NCBI GenBank assembly: GCA_043799385.1
Contig: JAZDNV010000001.1
Coordinates: 96,361 to 160,360, forward strand
Length of the DNA: 64,000 nt
Direction: 5' to 3'
Source of the DNA: Candidatus Aenigmatarchaeota archaeon
GTDB taxonomy: Archaea > Aenigmatarchaeota > Aenigmatarchaeia > GW2011-AR5
Below the pieces are notes generated by a model that saw only the letters and a list, made by a program, of their open reading frames with translations, searched no databases and was not told the origin of the DNA. This document shows positions 26,635 through 36,678 of this stretch, one piece after another (positions within the stretch are counted from its first letter, which is position 1; every line of letters begins with the position of its first letter). The translations under genes and the position numbers were made by a program.

Positions 26635-27401
26635 AGATTTTTATTGACACATCAAAGCTAAACGAGATAAAAAAGATAAACGAACTTGGGGTATTGGACG
26701 GAGTTACGACCAACCCGTCTTTGATAAAACAAGCGGTCGACGATTTGAAGAGCAAAGGAGAAAATATTGATTTAGAGGATTACATAAAGGAAATCTGCAA
26801 AGCCTCAGGAAAGAATAAACCTGTCAGCTTAGAGGTAATAAGCACTGATGTAGCGTCGATGGTAAGCGAGGCAAAACTATTGCACAAGAAGTTCAATTTT
26901 GCAAACAACGTTGTAATAAAAATACCGCTAACTGCAGATGGATTAAAGGCGATTAATGAATTGAATAAATCCGGTATAAAAACGAATGCAACACTGATAA
27001 TGACAGTCGAGCAGGCATTGCTCGCAGCAAAGGCCGGAGCAACTTACGTATCACCATTCGCCGGAAGAATAGACGATTATCTACGGAGCGGTACGGAATA
27101 CAAAAAATCCGACTACTTTCCAGCGCATGGAACAGGAAAAGATGATAACGGAATAGTCAGCGGTGTTGACCTTGTGAGAAAGATCACAGATATATTCGAA
27201 ATTTTCAAAATAGATACAGAGATAATAGCGGCAAGCATTCGGAATGCAAGACAAGTTCGTGAAGTCGCATTAGCAGGCGCGCATATAGCGACTATACCGT
27301 TTTCTGTAATCAACGAGATGCTAAAACATTCAAAGACAGATGAAGGAATAATAAAATTCTCAGAGGATACGATACCAGAATACAGGAAAATATTCGATTA
27401 G
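26631..27401 (+). CDS. tal: transaldolase (short, fructose-6-phosphate aldolase-like type)
   Basis: MKIFIDTS...GVLDGVTTNPSLI signature, Schiff-base Lys region VVIKIP; 256 aa. Confidence 0.8.
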   Translation: MKIFIDTSKLNEIKKINELGVLDGVTTNPSLIKQAVDDLKSKGENIDLEDYIKEICKASGKNKPVSLEVISTDVASMVSEAKLLHKKFNFANNVVIKIPLTADGLKAINELNKSGIKTNATLIMTVEQALLAAKAGATYVSPFAGRIDDYLRSGTEYKKSDYFPAHGTGKDDNGIVSGVDLVRKITDIFEIFKIDTEIIAASIRNARQVREVALAGAHIATIPFSVINEMLKHSKTDEGIIKFSEDTIPEYRKIFD

Positions 27402-28459
27402 CTTTGCACATCGCTTATTATTTTTTTCATTTTTGTTACAAAGGCACCTATGTCAAACCTTTCTGCATTTTTCTGGATTAACTTATTATTCCATTTCATT
27501 TTTTCAAATTTTCCTATAGAATTGATTAGGGATTCTACGCTCGGCTCGAAGAAGACACCGGTATTCTTATTTACAGTTTCGAGAAGACCACCTTCTCTGA
27601 CAGCAATCACAGGCTTTCCGGCACATTGCGATTCGATTGCTGACAAGCCTAGGTCTTCATCCATCGCAGCGACGACGGTTGCTTTGCATCTTGCATACAA
27701 ATCGATAAGTTCCTCTTCACTGACATTACCAACGAACTCAATGTTATCATGACCTTCTGCTAATTTATTTAGTTTGCTTTCTTCCGGGCCGGTTGATGCT
27801 ACGACCAATCTTTTTCCATTTTTCTTGAAAGCTTCTACTACAAGGCCAACGCGCTTTAACGGATCTAGGCGAGACGTGGATAAGTAAAAATCTTCTGACG
27901 GCTTGCAATAAAATTTTTTCGTTTCTATTCCCGTATATACAACGTCGCATTTTTTGTAGGCGTCTTCGCCGTAAAATTTCCTAACCCTATTTTTGACGTT
28001 TTCAGAATTCGGGCAGATTCTGTCAAACTGCCTCATATATATCTGGTCCTTTTTCTTCCAGTAATTCATGAACATTTTGAATAGCGGACGCTGGATTATG
28101 TTAGTTCTTTTTATGAAGTATTCGTTGAGGTCGTATAGGTATCTTGGCGGTGTATGTAGGTAGAGAATGTTCGGATGATTTTTCGCAGCCGTTATGCACC
28201 AGGTTCCTGAAAAGACGAATGCATCATAATTTGGAAATTTGTATTTTTCGAATTTTTTTGCTATCATCAGGTTTCGCAGTATGTGAGGCAATCTCCTACT
28301 GATGCCGAGGCTTGTTATTTTTACACCGTCTGTGTCAAAGGTCTTATTGTAATCAACGAACCCCGTGTAGATATCCGCGCCCAAAGCCCTGGCTAAATTC
28401 AATACCAGACGCTCACCGCCGCCACGTTTGTCAAAATAATCATGCAGTATTGCTATCAT
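27398..28459 (-). CDS. glycosyltransferase family 4 (GT-B, retaining)
   Basis: GT4 C-terminal EX7E-like region (ESQCAGKPVIAVREGGLLETV); likely start at internal MIAILHD (28459), giving an ATGA overlap with the upstream GT4. Confidence 0.65.
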   Translation of the reverse strand: MIAILHDYFDKRGGGERLVLNLARALGADIYTGFVDYNKTFDTDGVKITSLGISRRLPHILRNLMIAKKFEKYKFPNYDAFVFSGTWCITAAKNHPNILYLHTPPRYLYDLNEYFIKRTNIIQRPLFKMFMNYWKKKDQIYMRQFDRICPNSENVKNRVRKFYGEDAYKKCDVVYTGIETKKFYCKPSEDFYLSTSRLDPLKRVGLVVEAFKKNGKRLVVASTGPEESKLNKLAEGHDNIEFVGNVSEEELIDLYARCKATVVAAMDEDLGLSAIESQCAGKPVIAVREGGLLETVNKNTGVFFEPSVESLINSIGKFEKMKWNNKLIQKNAERFDIGAFVTKMKKIISDVQS

Positions 28460-29523
28460 AACAATTCCTTGTATACCCTTTCTACATTCTCCGCTGTCCT
28501 GTCCCATGAAAACATTTTTGCTGTATCCAACCCATTCTTTCTCAATTTGTTTCTAAAGCCATCGTCCTGCAGGAGTTTGGTTATATTTTCTGCAAGTTTT
28601 TCGCCTAATAACGAATTGTTTTTATTGCAAAAGAAATAGGTTGATAAATCCTTTGCCACAACAGGCGTGCCGCATGCCATTGATTCAGCGAGAATCAACC
28701 CCAGGCCTTCAACAGAAGACGGGTTGATCAGGAACTGAGACGATTTGATTAGCCTTATCTTCTCCCTCTCAGGAACAAACCCGCGAAATTCAACGTTTAT
28801 TTTCAGTTTTTTTGTCATCCTTTTCAGATTCTCCTCTTCCGGGCCAGTTCCAACTATTATTAACTTTGTGTCTGTTTTTACCTTTCCGAACGCCTTAAGA
28901 AGCATATCAACATTCTTGTATTTTATCAGGCGCCCAACGTATATTATCTGGTCCACCTTTCTCGCCTTCACGCTGTTTATGAAATCCAAATCAATGCCTG
29001 ATACTATGGTTGTTATGTCTGATTTGAAACCCAACTGTCTCAGTTTTTTTTCTGTCGGCGGTGAGTTCGCAATTATCCTATCATATCGTAATCTAGACCA
29101 GAAGAATTCCATCGATTTTCCGAACCACGAATAAGGCTTGGAAAAATAACTGCTCCACTGATCCCAGTATATGTCATGAAAAGTAGCAACAATCGGTCTT
29201 CTAGTTAAGGGTGCAAAGAACCCCATGAAGGATGCCATTCCCTGATTAGCGTCTATGACATCATATTCGCTTTTCAGAGCCTTCAGGAAAGGCTTATAAC
29301 TCAACAACGGAAATAAAGACCTTTTACCCATACCGTGCCTGATGCCGAGCCTTATAATCTCTATGTCTTTATAGATTTCGTGGTCATCGCATCCGTTTAG
29401 CTTCAAAGAATATACGGTTATCTCATGTTTTTTTGACAATCTTTTTGCTATCTCTAGGTATCGTCTTTCTGCTCCGCCAAAAAGATACGGGTAGAACAAC
29501 TCACTGAGCATGCATATGTGCAT
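28456..29523 (-). CDS. glycosyltransferase family 4
   Basis: GT4 motifs (PSSVEGLGLILAESMACGTPVV), 355 aa. Confidence 0.7.
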   Translation of the reverse strand: MHICMLSELFYPYLFGGAERRYLEIAKRLSKKHEITVYSLKLNGCDDHEIYKDIEIIRLGIRHGMGKRSLFPLLSYKPFLKALKSEYDVIDANQGMASFMGFFAPLTRRPIVATFHDIYWDQWSSYFSKPYSWFGKSMEFFWSRLRYDRIIANSPPTEKKLRQLGFKSDITTIVSGIDLDFINSVKARKVDQIIYVGRLIKYKNVDMLLKAFGKVKTDTKLIIVGTGPEEENLKRMTKKLKINVEFRGFVPEREKIRLIKSSQFLINPSSVEGLGLILAESMACGTPVVAKDLSTYFFCNKNNSLLGEKLAENITKLLQDDGFRNKLRKNGLDTAKMFSWDRTAENVERVYKELL

Positions 29524-29574
29524 GCTTTCATTTAAAAAGAAAAGTTTTAATTTATGCCATAATAAGGTAGGGAT

Positions 29575-30846
29575 ATGAAGATATCTATAATAGGCTCTGG
29601 TTATGTCGGCCTGTCCACAGGACTAGGACTTGCGTCACTCGGTTATGAAATCATATGCGTTGATGTAGACAGAGGCAAAGTCGATTCGATAAATAACGGA
29701 AAACTGCCGATTTATGAGGACGGGATGCAGGAAATACTCAACAAAGCTCTTAAGAAAAAGACATTCAAAGCTACAACAGACTTTGCGTATGCTATAGAAA
29801 ATTCAGAAGTAAGCTTTGTAGCAGTTGGCACGCCATTCAAGGACGGTCTTTATTTGAAATATGTTATGGACGCTGTAACCGATATATCAAAAGCATTGAA
29901 AAGCAAGAAAGGATACCATCTAGTTGTCATGAAGTCAACGGTTCTGCCAGGAACGACAGAGAGCATCATACCAATACTTGAAAAATCCTCGAAAAAGCGC
30001 GTTGGAAAAGATATTGGTCTGTGCATGAATCCTGAATTCCTGAGAGAAGGCAAAGCCCTTGATGATTTCCTGAAGCCAGACAGGATTGTAATAGGCGAAT
30101 TTGACAAGAAATCAGGAGATGCTCTGGAAAAACTTTACAAGGGCGTCAATGCGCCTGTTTTCAGAACCAACCTTAAGACGGCGGAGATGATAAAATATGC
30201 GGCGAATACATTCCTTGCATCTAAAATCTCTCTTATAAATGAAATAGGCAATATCTGCAAAAAGCTAGGTATAGATACGTATGATGTTGCAAAAGGAATC
30301 GGTTATGACAAGAGAATCTCGCCGCAATTTCTGGAATCAGGTATAGGTTTTGGCGGTTCATGCTTCAAAAAGGATTTGTCTGCACTGGCAAAAAAAGCAA
30401 AGAGTCTCGGAGTCGATACGAGAATAATAGATGCCACGCTCTGCGTAAATGAGAACCAGCCGCTAAAAATAACTGAGTTTTTGAAGGACGTCAAGAACAA
30501 GAAAGTGACGATACTCGGCCTTGCCTTCAAGCCGGGAACAGACGATATACGCGAATCGCCTGCGATAAGGATAATAAGTGAGCTTTTGAGGAAAGGAGCG
30601 TGCGTTTCTGCGTATGACCCGAAGGCAATGGACAACGTTAAGAGGGTATTCCCGAACATAACCTATTGTCGCAGCGCAAAAGAGGCGCTGGAAAACGCTG
30701 ATGCCTGCGTAATTTTGACTGAATGGGAGGAGTTTAAAAAACTTTCCGAGAAGGAATTTTCAGTGATGAAAAATAAAGTGATAGTAGAAGGCAGGAAAAC
30801 GTTGAATCCTAAAATAGTTAAAAAATTTGATGGTGTCTGCTGGTGA
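29575..30846 (+). CDS. nucleotide-sugar 6-dehydrogenase (UDP-glucose/GDP-mannose/UDP-ManNAc dehydrogenase family)
   Basis: N-terminal NAD fold MKISIIGSGYVGLSTGL, catalytic Cys region GFGGSCFKKD; 423 aa. Confidence 0.8.
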   Translation: MKISIIGSGYVGLSTGLGLASLGYEIICVDVDRGKVDSINNGKLPIYEDGMQEILNKALKKKTFKATTDFAYAIENSEVSFVAVGTPFKDGLYLKYVMDAVTDISKALKSKKGYHLVVMKSTVLPGTTESIIPILEKSSKKRVGKDIGLCMNPEFLREGKALDDFLKPDRIVIGEFDKKSGDALEKLYKGVNAPVFRTNLKTAEMIKYAANTFLASKISLINEIGNICKKLGIDTYDVAKGIGYDKRISPQFLESGIGFGGSCFKKDLSALAKKAKSLGVDTRIIDATLCVNENQPLKITEFLKDVKNKKVTILGLAFKPGTDDIRESPAIRIISELLRKGACVSAYDPKAMDNVKRVFPNITYCRSAKEALENADACVILTEWEEFKKLSEKEFSVMKNKVIVEGRKTLNPKIVKKFDGVCW

Positions 30847-30850
30847 TGAT

Positions 30851-31669
30851 ATGAAAGCGATAATACTTGCTGCCGGACGCGGAACAAGGCTGCGCCCATT
30901 AACATACGGCATACCTAAACCGCTTCTTCCGGTAAAAGGAACGCCGATGATAGACTGGGTCATACGAAGCATTTCCAGTGAAAAGATAGAAGAGATAATT
31001 GTTGGCACGTCAGGAACAATTGGAGAAAACATGGAAGAGCGGGTGCTATCGCATATTCACGGCATCTGCATCGATTCCTATCTTAAGAACCAGACTTATG
31101 ATTGCAAAATAAGAACGGTCCCTACTTTACAGCGCGAGACAGGCGGTGATTTGAGGTATATTCTTGAAGAAATCAACATGAAGAAAGGAAAGATAATAGT
31201 TGTTTATGGCGACAATCTCACGTCATTCAACATTGACAAACTTCTCGATTATCATGAAAAATGCAAAAACGAGCTTGGCATCGCAGGCACAGTAGTCTTG
31301 TTCGAATCACCTGAGAGCGATGTGAACCGCTTCGGGATAGCGAAATTAAAAAACGTGAAAGGCTTTGATTTGGTAACATCTTTCATAGAAAAGCCGTCGT
31401 TGCAAGAAGCACCGTCACGATACGCGAGTGCCGGTTATTACATTCTTGAAGTGGACGAGGTATTCGATATGCTTCCGCATGAAAAGGTAAAGGTTGAGCA
31501 TTCAGTATTCCCAGTCTTGGCAAGCCAGAACAAACTTGCTGGTTATATAACAAAGCTTCCTTACTGGATTGATATAAGCACCTTGGAGGCATACATTACG
31601 GCGAACAAGATGGCTCATGACGGTCTTATAATCCCACCATCGCTTCCGAATAAAGGAAACAACATATGA
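30851..31669 (+). CDS. sugar-1-phosphate nucleotidyltransferase
   Basis: G-loop AIILAAGRGTRLRPLT; probable start at MKAIIL (30851) rather than 30827. Confidence 0.7.
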   Translation: MKAIILAAGRGTRLRPLTYGIPKPLLPVKGTPMIDWVIRSISSEKIEEIIVGTSGTIGENMEERVLSHIHGICIDSYLKNQTYDCKIRTVPTLQRETGGDLRYILEEINMKKGKIIVVYGDNLTSFNIDKLLDYHEKCKNELGIAGTVVLFESPESDVNRFGIAKLKNVKGFDLVTSFIEKPSLQEAPSRYASAGYYILEVDEVFDMLPHEKVKVEHSVFPVLASQNKLAGYITKLPYWIDISTLEAYITANKMAHDGLIIPPSLPNKGNNI

Positions 31670-33141
31670 TGATTATGAATATCAAGAAAATAGTTTTACT
31701 TTTATTGGCTATTAATGCAGTTCTAGTCCTCATCCCTGCAATTGTTTTTAATCTGCCGATTGTTCAGACAGACGGTGCGTCTCATTACGTTTATGCCAAG
31801 GTTTATTCAGAAACATTTTCACTGGATTCTGAAAATCCCGAATACAACCGCATGGGTTCTGTCGAAAAAAAGCTTTCTGACTACCCGCCATTTGTTACGA
31901 TAGTTTTTGGCTCGATTATAAAAATGTTCGGCAATGACATATTCCTTATAAACGGTGGTTTCGGTCTTGCATTCTTTCTGCTTGCATCAATATTCATGTA
32001 TATCTTCATAAAAGATATCACAAAAAACAACACTGTTGCGATTATAGGCCTTGCTTTCTTCATTCTGAATATAAGAGCTTATTACACGCTCTTCACAGGA
32101 ATATACCCAGCGTTCGTCTCCTTCTGCCTTTCCATACCGGCGCTGTATTTTTCATATAAATTCTTTTTGTCAGGTAATAATAGGAATCTTGTGTTGTCGC
32201 TGCTTTTCACCTGTATGACTGTCTTTGCTTATACTATACAGGGTCTTTATCTAATATTCCTAGAAATCATGTTATGGTTCGGGATAAAGCTTGAGGAAAA
32301 ACTTTCTGTGCACTTCCCGAAAATAAATGCTAGGATAAAAAGAATTTCATTGAGCGACTTCAAGAATGCGATTTATCTGCTAATACCCACTGCGTTATTC
32401 TTATTTTTTGTTATAATCTCATTCACACTGAAGGGCACCACAAGAGAGACGTGGTTAAGCGGATGGTTTTCAGGACTGATGAGCACCTGCACCGGTTACC
32501 AATGTGTCTGGAAGCACTTCTTTATAGTTGAAGGGTTGATTGCACTATTTGCGATATTCGGTTCAATCTACCTGTTCTACAAAAAAGACTGGAAGATAAT
32601 CACGCTTCTTTTAGGTGGTTTTTTGATAGTGATATCAGGAAGCATTTTTATCGAGGGTGAACCGACAATACTGGTTTACATCTATCGTTTCTATACAACA
32701 TTTTCAGCGCTGCTGGTGATACCGGCAAGCGTTTTCATATATAAAATCATTTCAATGAAAGAGGTCAGAAATATAGGAATAGTGTTTCTGGCTCTATGCA
32801 TTTTTATTCAGTTGGCGATATTAGGATACTTCTATTTGAATATCGGACCTGCGATAACGCAGGGTGAGTACGATGCGGCTTCATTTCTTTCTGGTCATAC
32901 GAAATCGAATATACTTTACGTAAACAATGAGGTTGATGAAGGGACGTTCAGGTCGTTCAAGTGGGTTGTTGTCTTTGCCAAATCAGAAAAATACAGCGTA
33001 AGCGAGAGCGTAGGCAATTTGACCGGATTTGACTACGTCTTCGTTCAGGATAAGGATAAACTGAGTGCTGATGAAAAAAACAAGCTAGGCAATAACATAG
33101 CATTCAATAGCGGCAACGCACAGGTTTACAAAATAGCCTGA
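31666..33141 (+). CDS. polytopic membrane protein, possible GT-C-type glycosyltransferase or glycan polymerase
   Basis: 491 aa, more than 10 predicted TM helices, large C-terminal extracytoplasmic domain; embedded in glycan cluster; no specific family motif recognised. Confidence 0.4.
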   Translation: MMIMNIKKIVLLLLAINAVLVLIPAIVFNLPIVQTDGASHYVYAKVYSETFSLDSENPEYNRMGSVEKKLSDYPPFVTIVFGSIIKMFGNDIFLINGGFGLAFFLLASIFMYIFIKDITKNNTVAIIGLAFFILNIRAYYTLFTGIYPAFVSFCLSIPALYFSYKFFLSGNNRNLVLSLLFTCMTVFAYTIQGLYLIFLEIMLWFGIKLEEKLSVHFPKINARIKRISLSDFKNAIYLLIPTALFLFFVIISFTLKGTTRETWLSGWFSGLMSTCTGYQCVWKHFFIVEGLIALFAIFGSIYLFYKKDWKIITLLLGGFLIVISGSIFIEGEPTILVYIYRFYTTFSALLVIPASVFIYKIISMKEVRNIGIVFLALCIFIQLAILGYFYLNIGPAITQGEYDAASFLSGHTKSNILYVNNEVDEGTFRSFKWVVVFAKSEKYSVSESVGNLTGFDYVFVQDKDKLSADEKNKLGNNIAFNSGNAQVYKIA

Positions 33142-33839
33142 GTTCTCCACCAGGCGATTTTCATCAGGAATTTTATGTTGTTGAATATCTCCCTCTGTAT
33201 GTTTATCTTTGTTTTGCCGTATATTCGCGTGGACAACGTAACAGGCACTTCTATTATGCTCTTCTTCCTTTGCAAAAGCCTAAACAGGATTTCTGCATTT
33301 ATCATGAAACCTTTGTCAGTTAGCGTTAGATCTTTTAGGTCTTTTGTTCTGTAAAGCCTGAAGACAGATGTGACAGAACTTATCTTTTTCCCAAGGACAA
33401 GAGAATAAAGGAAGGTCACGACTTTGCTTAGTATGATTCGGAAGAACGGGACATTTTCAGTTTTGCCGCCTTTTGCGAAATGCGATCCAATAACGCAGTC
33501 GTAATAATCCCTTTGAGCAAGCAATTTAGGTATCTCCCGCGGATGAAAAGTAAAATCAGAATCAAGCGTTATTGTAAAATCGCCTTTCACGTTTTCTATA
33601 CCAGTCATTATTGCGTAGCCAAGGCCCTTGTTTACCCCGTGCATTACCAGCCTGATGTTCTTGTACTTTTTCTGGAGTTTTCTGACTTCTTTTACCGTGT
33701 CGTCCTTGCTGCCGTCATCTATTACGACGATTTCGTATTTACCAAGATTTTTCAGTACCGGTATTAACTCAGGCCCAATCCTCTTTATATTATCCTCTTC
33801 ATTATAGGCAGGTATTATTATCGATAGCATTTTCGACAC
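33126..33839 (-). CDS. GT2 glycosyltransferase, dolichyl-phosphate mannose/glucose synthase-like
   Basis: SIIIPAYNEEDNI, VIDDGSKDDT (DXD region) characteristic of DPM1-like GT2; 237 aa. Confidence 0.75.
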   Translation of the reverse strand: MSKMLSIIIPAYNEEDNIKRIGPELIPVLKNLGKYEIVVIDDGSKDDTVKEVRKLQKKYKNIRLVMHGVNKGLGYAIMTGIENVKGDFTITLDSDFTFHPREIPKLLAQRDYYDCVIGSHFAKGGKTENVPFFRIILSKVVTFLYSLVLGKKISSVTSVFRLYRTKDLKDLTLTDKGFMINAEILFRLLQRKKSIIEVPVTLSTRIYGKTKINIQREIFNNIKFLMKIAWWRTQAIL

Positions 33840-33906
33840 CAGTAATTAATAGTATAAGTTATTTTTAAGAACATTGTTCTTAAAAGAGACGTCATTTATG
33901 GCCATC

Positions 33907-34998
33907 TCATTTTAAGATGTATAATATCTTTGTCGCGGCATGACCGTTCCCAAATGGATTGCTCCATCTTATCCTTTTTTTCAGCATAATTTTTGCAGCC
34001 TTTAGAATATTGTCAGGTTTCGTCCCAGCAAGTACGTTGCCTATCTTTAGCGTTTCCGGTCGTTCTGTGTTCTCCCTTAGCGTAACGCAAGGCACGTGCA
34101 GAATACAGCTTTCCTCCTGCAGTCCGCCAGCATCCGTTAGTACCAACTTTGCGTTTGCCTCTAGTTTCAGCATTTCAAAGAAACCTACCGGTTCGATAAC
34201 CCGTATGTTTTTTGATACGCGTATCTTGAACTTATCCAGCATCTTCTTTGTTCTCGGGTGCATCGGGTATATTATATCAATTTTGAATTCGTTATACAGT
34301 TTTTCTAGGCCATCCATTATTCCTTTCAATTTTTTATTGTCATCGACGTTTTCCTGGCGATGGGCGGTAACCAGGAAGTATTCACCTTTCCTTAAATTGA
34401 GCTTATCCAATATATCTGATTTTTCGAACATTTTCCTGACATCATATACTGCGTCAACTATCGTATTCCCGGTTATGTATATCTTCTTTTCTTCTATACC
34501 TTCTTTCAACGCATTGTCTTTTGACTGCTTTGTCGCAGCGAAGAGGTAATCAGACATATGGTCGCTGAGCACGCGGTTTATCTCCTCGGTCATGGTCCTG
34601 TCATAGCTTCTCAGACCTGCCTCTATGTGACCTAATTTTATGTTCATGTTTATCGGGCTGGTCTTCAACTTGCTTACGCAAACAGAGCCGGCTAGTACGG
34701 TATTCGTATCGCCCTGCACCAAGACAACATCAGGTTTTTCCTTCAGCAGAATCTGTTCTATCCTTATAAGCATCCTTCCCGTGTGCTCGCTCTGCAGCAT
34801 CGGTGATTTCGACCTTATGCCTAACGTATAATCAGGCAACGGAAGCGACAGCTGTTTATAGAACAGCTTGTCCATGTTGTAGGAATAGTGCTGGCCTGTG
34901 TGCAGTATGAAGTATTCCAAGCCGCGTTTTTCGCACTCCTTTATAACAGGGCTCATCTTTATTATTTCAGGCCTTGTGCCCATTATTATGGCTATCAT
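33907..34998 (-). CDS. UDP-N-acetylglucosamine 2-epimerase (non-hydrolysing), WecB/MnaA-like
   Basis: MIAIIMGTRPEIIKMSPV...HTGQHY signature; probable start at internal MIAIIMG (34998). Confidence 0.8.
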   Translation of the reverse strand: MIAIIMGTRPEIIKMSPVIKECEKRGLEYFILHTGQHYSYNMDKLFYKQLSLPLPDYTLGIRSKSPMLQSEHTGRMLIRIEQILLKEKPDVVLVQGDTNTVLAGSVCVSKLKTSPINMNIKLGHIEAGLRSYDRTMTEEINRVLSDHMSDYLFAATKQSKDNALKEGIEEKKIYITGNTIVDAVYDVRKMFEKSDILDKLNLRKGEYFLVTAHRQENVDDNKKLKGIMDGLEKLYNEFKIDIIYPMHPRTKKMLDKFKIRVSKNIRVIEPVGFFEMLKLEANAKLVLTDAGGLQEESCILHVPCVTLRENTERPETLKIGNVLAGTKPDNILKAAKIMLKKRIRWSNPFGNGHAATKILYILK

Positions 34999-35002
34999 AC
35001 TA

Positions 35003-36097
35003 TCACACAAACAAATCCAATTCAACGCCTTCCTTTTTCAAGTATTTATCGTAAAATATTAATGCCTGTAACGCAAACATAGATACCCATGAGTTTATAT
35101 GATTAAGTTTCTTTCCATTTTCGAAACCATAAAAGAACCCGCCTTTGTGTTCGGTGGAAAGGTTCTGCGATTCCAGCAAACGTTTTCTAAGTTTTTCTAT
35201 CCGCTCCTTTTCGTTGATATCCTTCTGTTGCAGGAATATCGTTCCCAGGCGAAGCGTTTGCGCCAAGACGTCATTGCGTTCGTTCTTGTCGCTTGGATAA
35301 GAAGACGGCATACCGCCATCCTCCTGCTGGTTATTCAATGACCACACGACTGCATTCAGAGCACTTTCAACAAACCTGTTTTTATCAAGCTTCAATCCGG
35401 CGTATAGAAGACCCTCAGCCGAATATGAATGCGGGTGCAGATGAGTTTCGTTGCCCAACGTCAAGAACCTACCGTTCTTCTGAAATTTTATCGATTCCTC
35501 GCAGACCTTTATTGCAGCTTTCCGATATTTTGCTTCATTTAGAATATCATGAACAGCCAACAGGCCAAGAGATAATTTTGCATGGTAGCTGCCTGAAACA
35601 GTTGACCATTTATCACCGATGTTTAGATTCTTTTTCTCGCCTGTGTCATAAATTGAGTAAAAGAGACCATCGGATTTCTGCATCCCAAGCAAAAAGTCAG
35701 CTATCTTTACAGAAAAATCAAGATACTTTTCCATCTGTGTGAGTCGATACAAGTTCGCTAGTCCGAAAAGAACCATGCCATTATCAAACGAATATACGGT
35801 ATTATCGAACCCATTTTCATAATACCGTGCCCTCGTATAGTTGTTTTCCATAGCGATATTTATCAACCAGTTGGCAGCAAGCATTGCCCTGTCAAGAAAA
35901 ATTCCCCTGCCGGTGAGTTTATGCAGTTGCAGAAGCGTTGTGATGCCATACCCTGTTATCTCAGAATAGACATAAGCGTATTCTTTTTTATCTAGGTTGT
36001 ACCAGGCATTGAAGCCGCCATTCCATTCGTTGTCGCTGATATTCTGAATTCCAGAATTCAACAACCAATCTGCAAGCAAAGTTATGCTAGAATTCAT
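35003..36097 (-). CDS. hypothetical (alpha/alpha)6-toroid protein, possibly N-acylglucosamine 2-epimerase (AGE) superfamily
   Basis: 364 aa with repeated aromatic/Gly-rich helical hairpin pattern; weak family assignment by composition only. Confidence 0.35.
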   Translation of the reverse strand: MNSSITLLADWLLNSGIQNISDNEWNGGFNAWYNLDKKEYAYVYSEITGYGITTLLQLHKLTGRGIFLDRAMLAANWLINIAMENNYTRARYYENGFDNTVYSFDNGMVLFGLANLYRLTQMEKYLDFSVKIADFLLGMQKSDGLFYSIYDTGEKKNLNIGDKWSTVSGSYHAKLSLGLLAVHDILNEAKYRKAAIKVCEESIKFQKNGRFLTLGNETHLHPHSYSAEGLLYAGLKLDKNRFVESALNAVVWSLNNQQEDGGMPSSYPSDKNERNDVLAQTLRLGTIFLQQKDINEKERIEKLRKRLLESQNLSTEHKGGFFYGFENGKKLNHINSWVSMFALQALIFYDKYLKKEGVELDLFV

Positions 36098-36678
36098 TTG
36101 ATTTCACTATAAATCTTTTTGGGAATATCAAATTTCTTTTTACACTGCCGGCAAGCCATAACAACTGCAACGCCTTCTTTTATTTTTTCAAGCTTTTTTC
36201 CGCAATTGCATACAAATCCCCTTAGCGTTGCCGGGTTGCCATAGACTAGTGCGTGTGCAGGAATGTCTTTTGTTATGACAGAGCCGGCGCCTATCAATGC
36301 GAAATCACCTATTTTTACATTTGGCAACAGCACAGAATTTGCGCCAATCGACGCGCCTTTGCCGACAATAGTAGAATCCTTTAAATCGATTATCAGCTTG
36401 CTTCTCGGGTTTTTATCATTTACAAAACAGACATGAGGTCCTATGAAGACATCGTCCCCAATTATCGCGTTTCTGTAGATTGATGCCTTATTTTGTATGG
36501 CGACGTTATTGCCGATTTTGACGTTTTTGTCAACGTAGACACCATACGCAAGAATACAATTTTTTCCTATAGTTGCGTTCTCTCGCACATGAACGAAATT
36601 CCATACCTCAGTGCCTTCACCAATCTTTGCTTTTTTGTCTATTATCGCCGTAGGAGCTATCACAGCTTCTTCACCCAT
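36094..36678 (-). CDS. hexapeptide-repeat (left-handed beta-helix) sugar N-acetyltransferase with C-terminal zinc ribbon
   Basis: Multiple [LIV]GxxxxIG hexapeptide repeats (WbpD/PglD-like); C-terminus CNCGKK...CRQCKKK (CxC...CxxC). Confidence 0.7.
   Translation of the reverse strand: MGEEAVIAPTAIIDKKAKIGEGTEVWNFVHVRENATIGKNCILAYGVYVDKNVKIGNNVAIQNKASIYRNAIIGDDVFIGPHVCFVNDKNPRSKLIIDLKDSTIVGKGASIGANSVLLPNVKIGDFALIGAGSVITKDIPAHALVYGNPATLRGFVCNCGKKLEKIKEGVAVVMACRQCKKKFDIPKKIYSEIK

Noticed and set aside
27398-29523. 52-nt overlap between the two GT4 genes suggested a frameshifted single gene
   Set aside because: An in-frame internal Met (MIAILHD, start 28459) gives a standard 4-nt ATGA overlap and two normal-length GT4 proteins. 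No frameshift needed.
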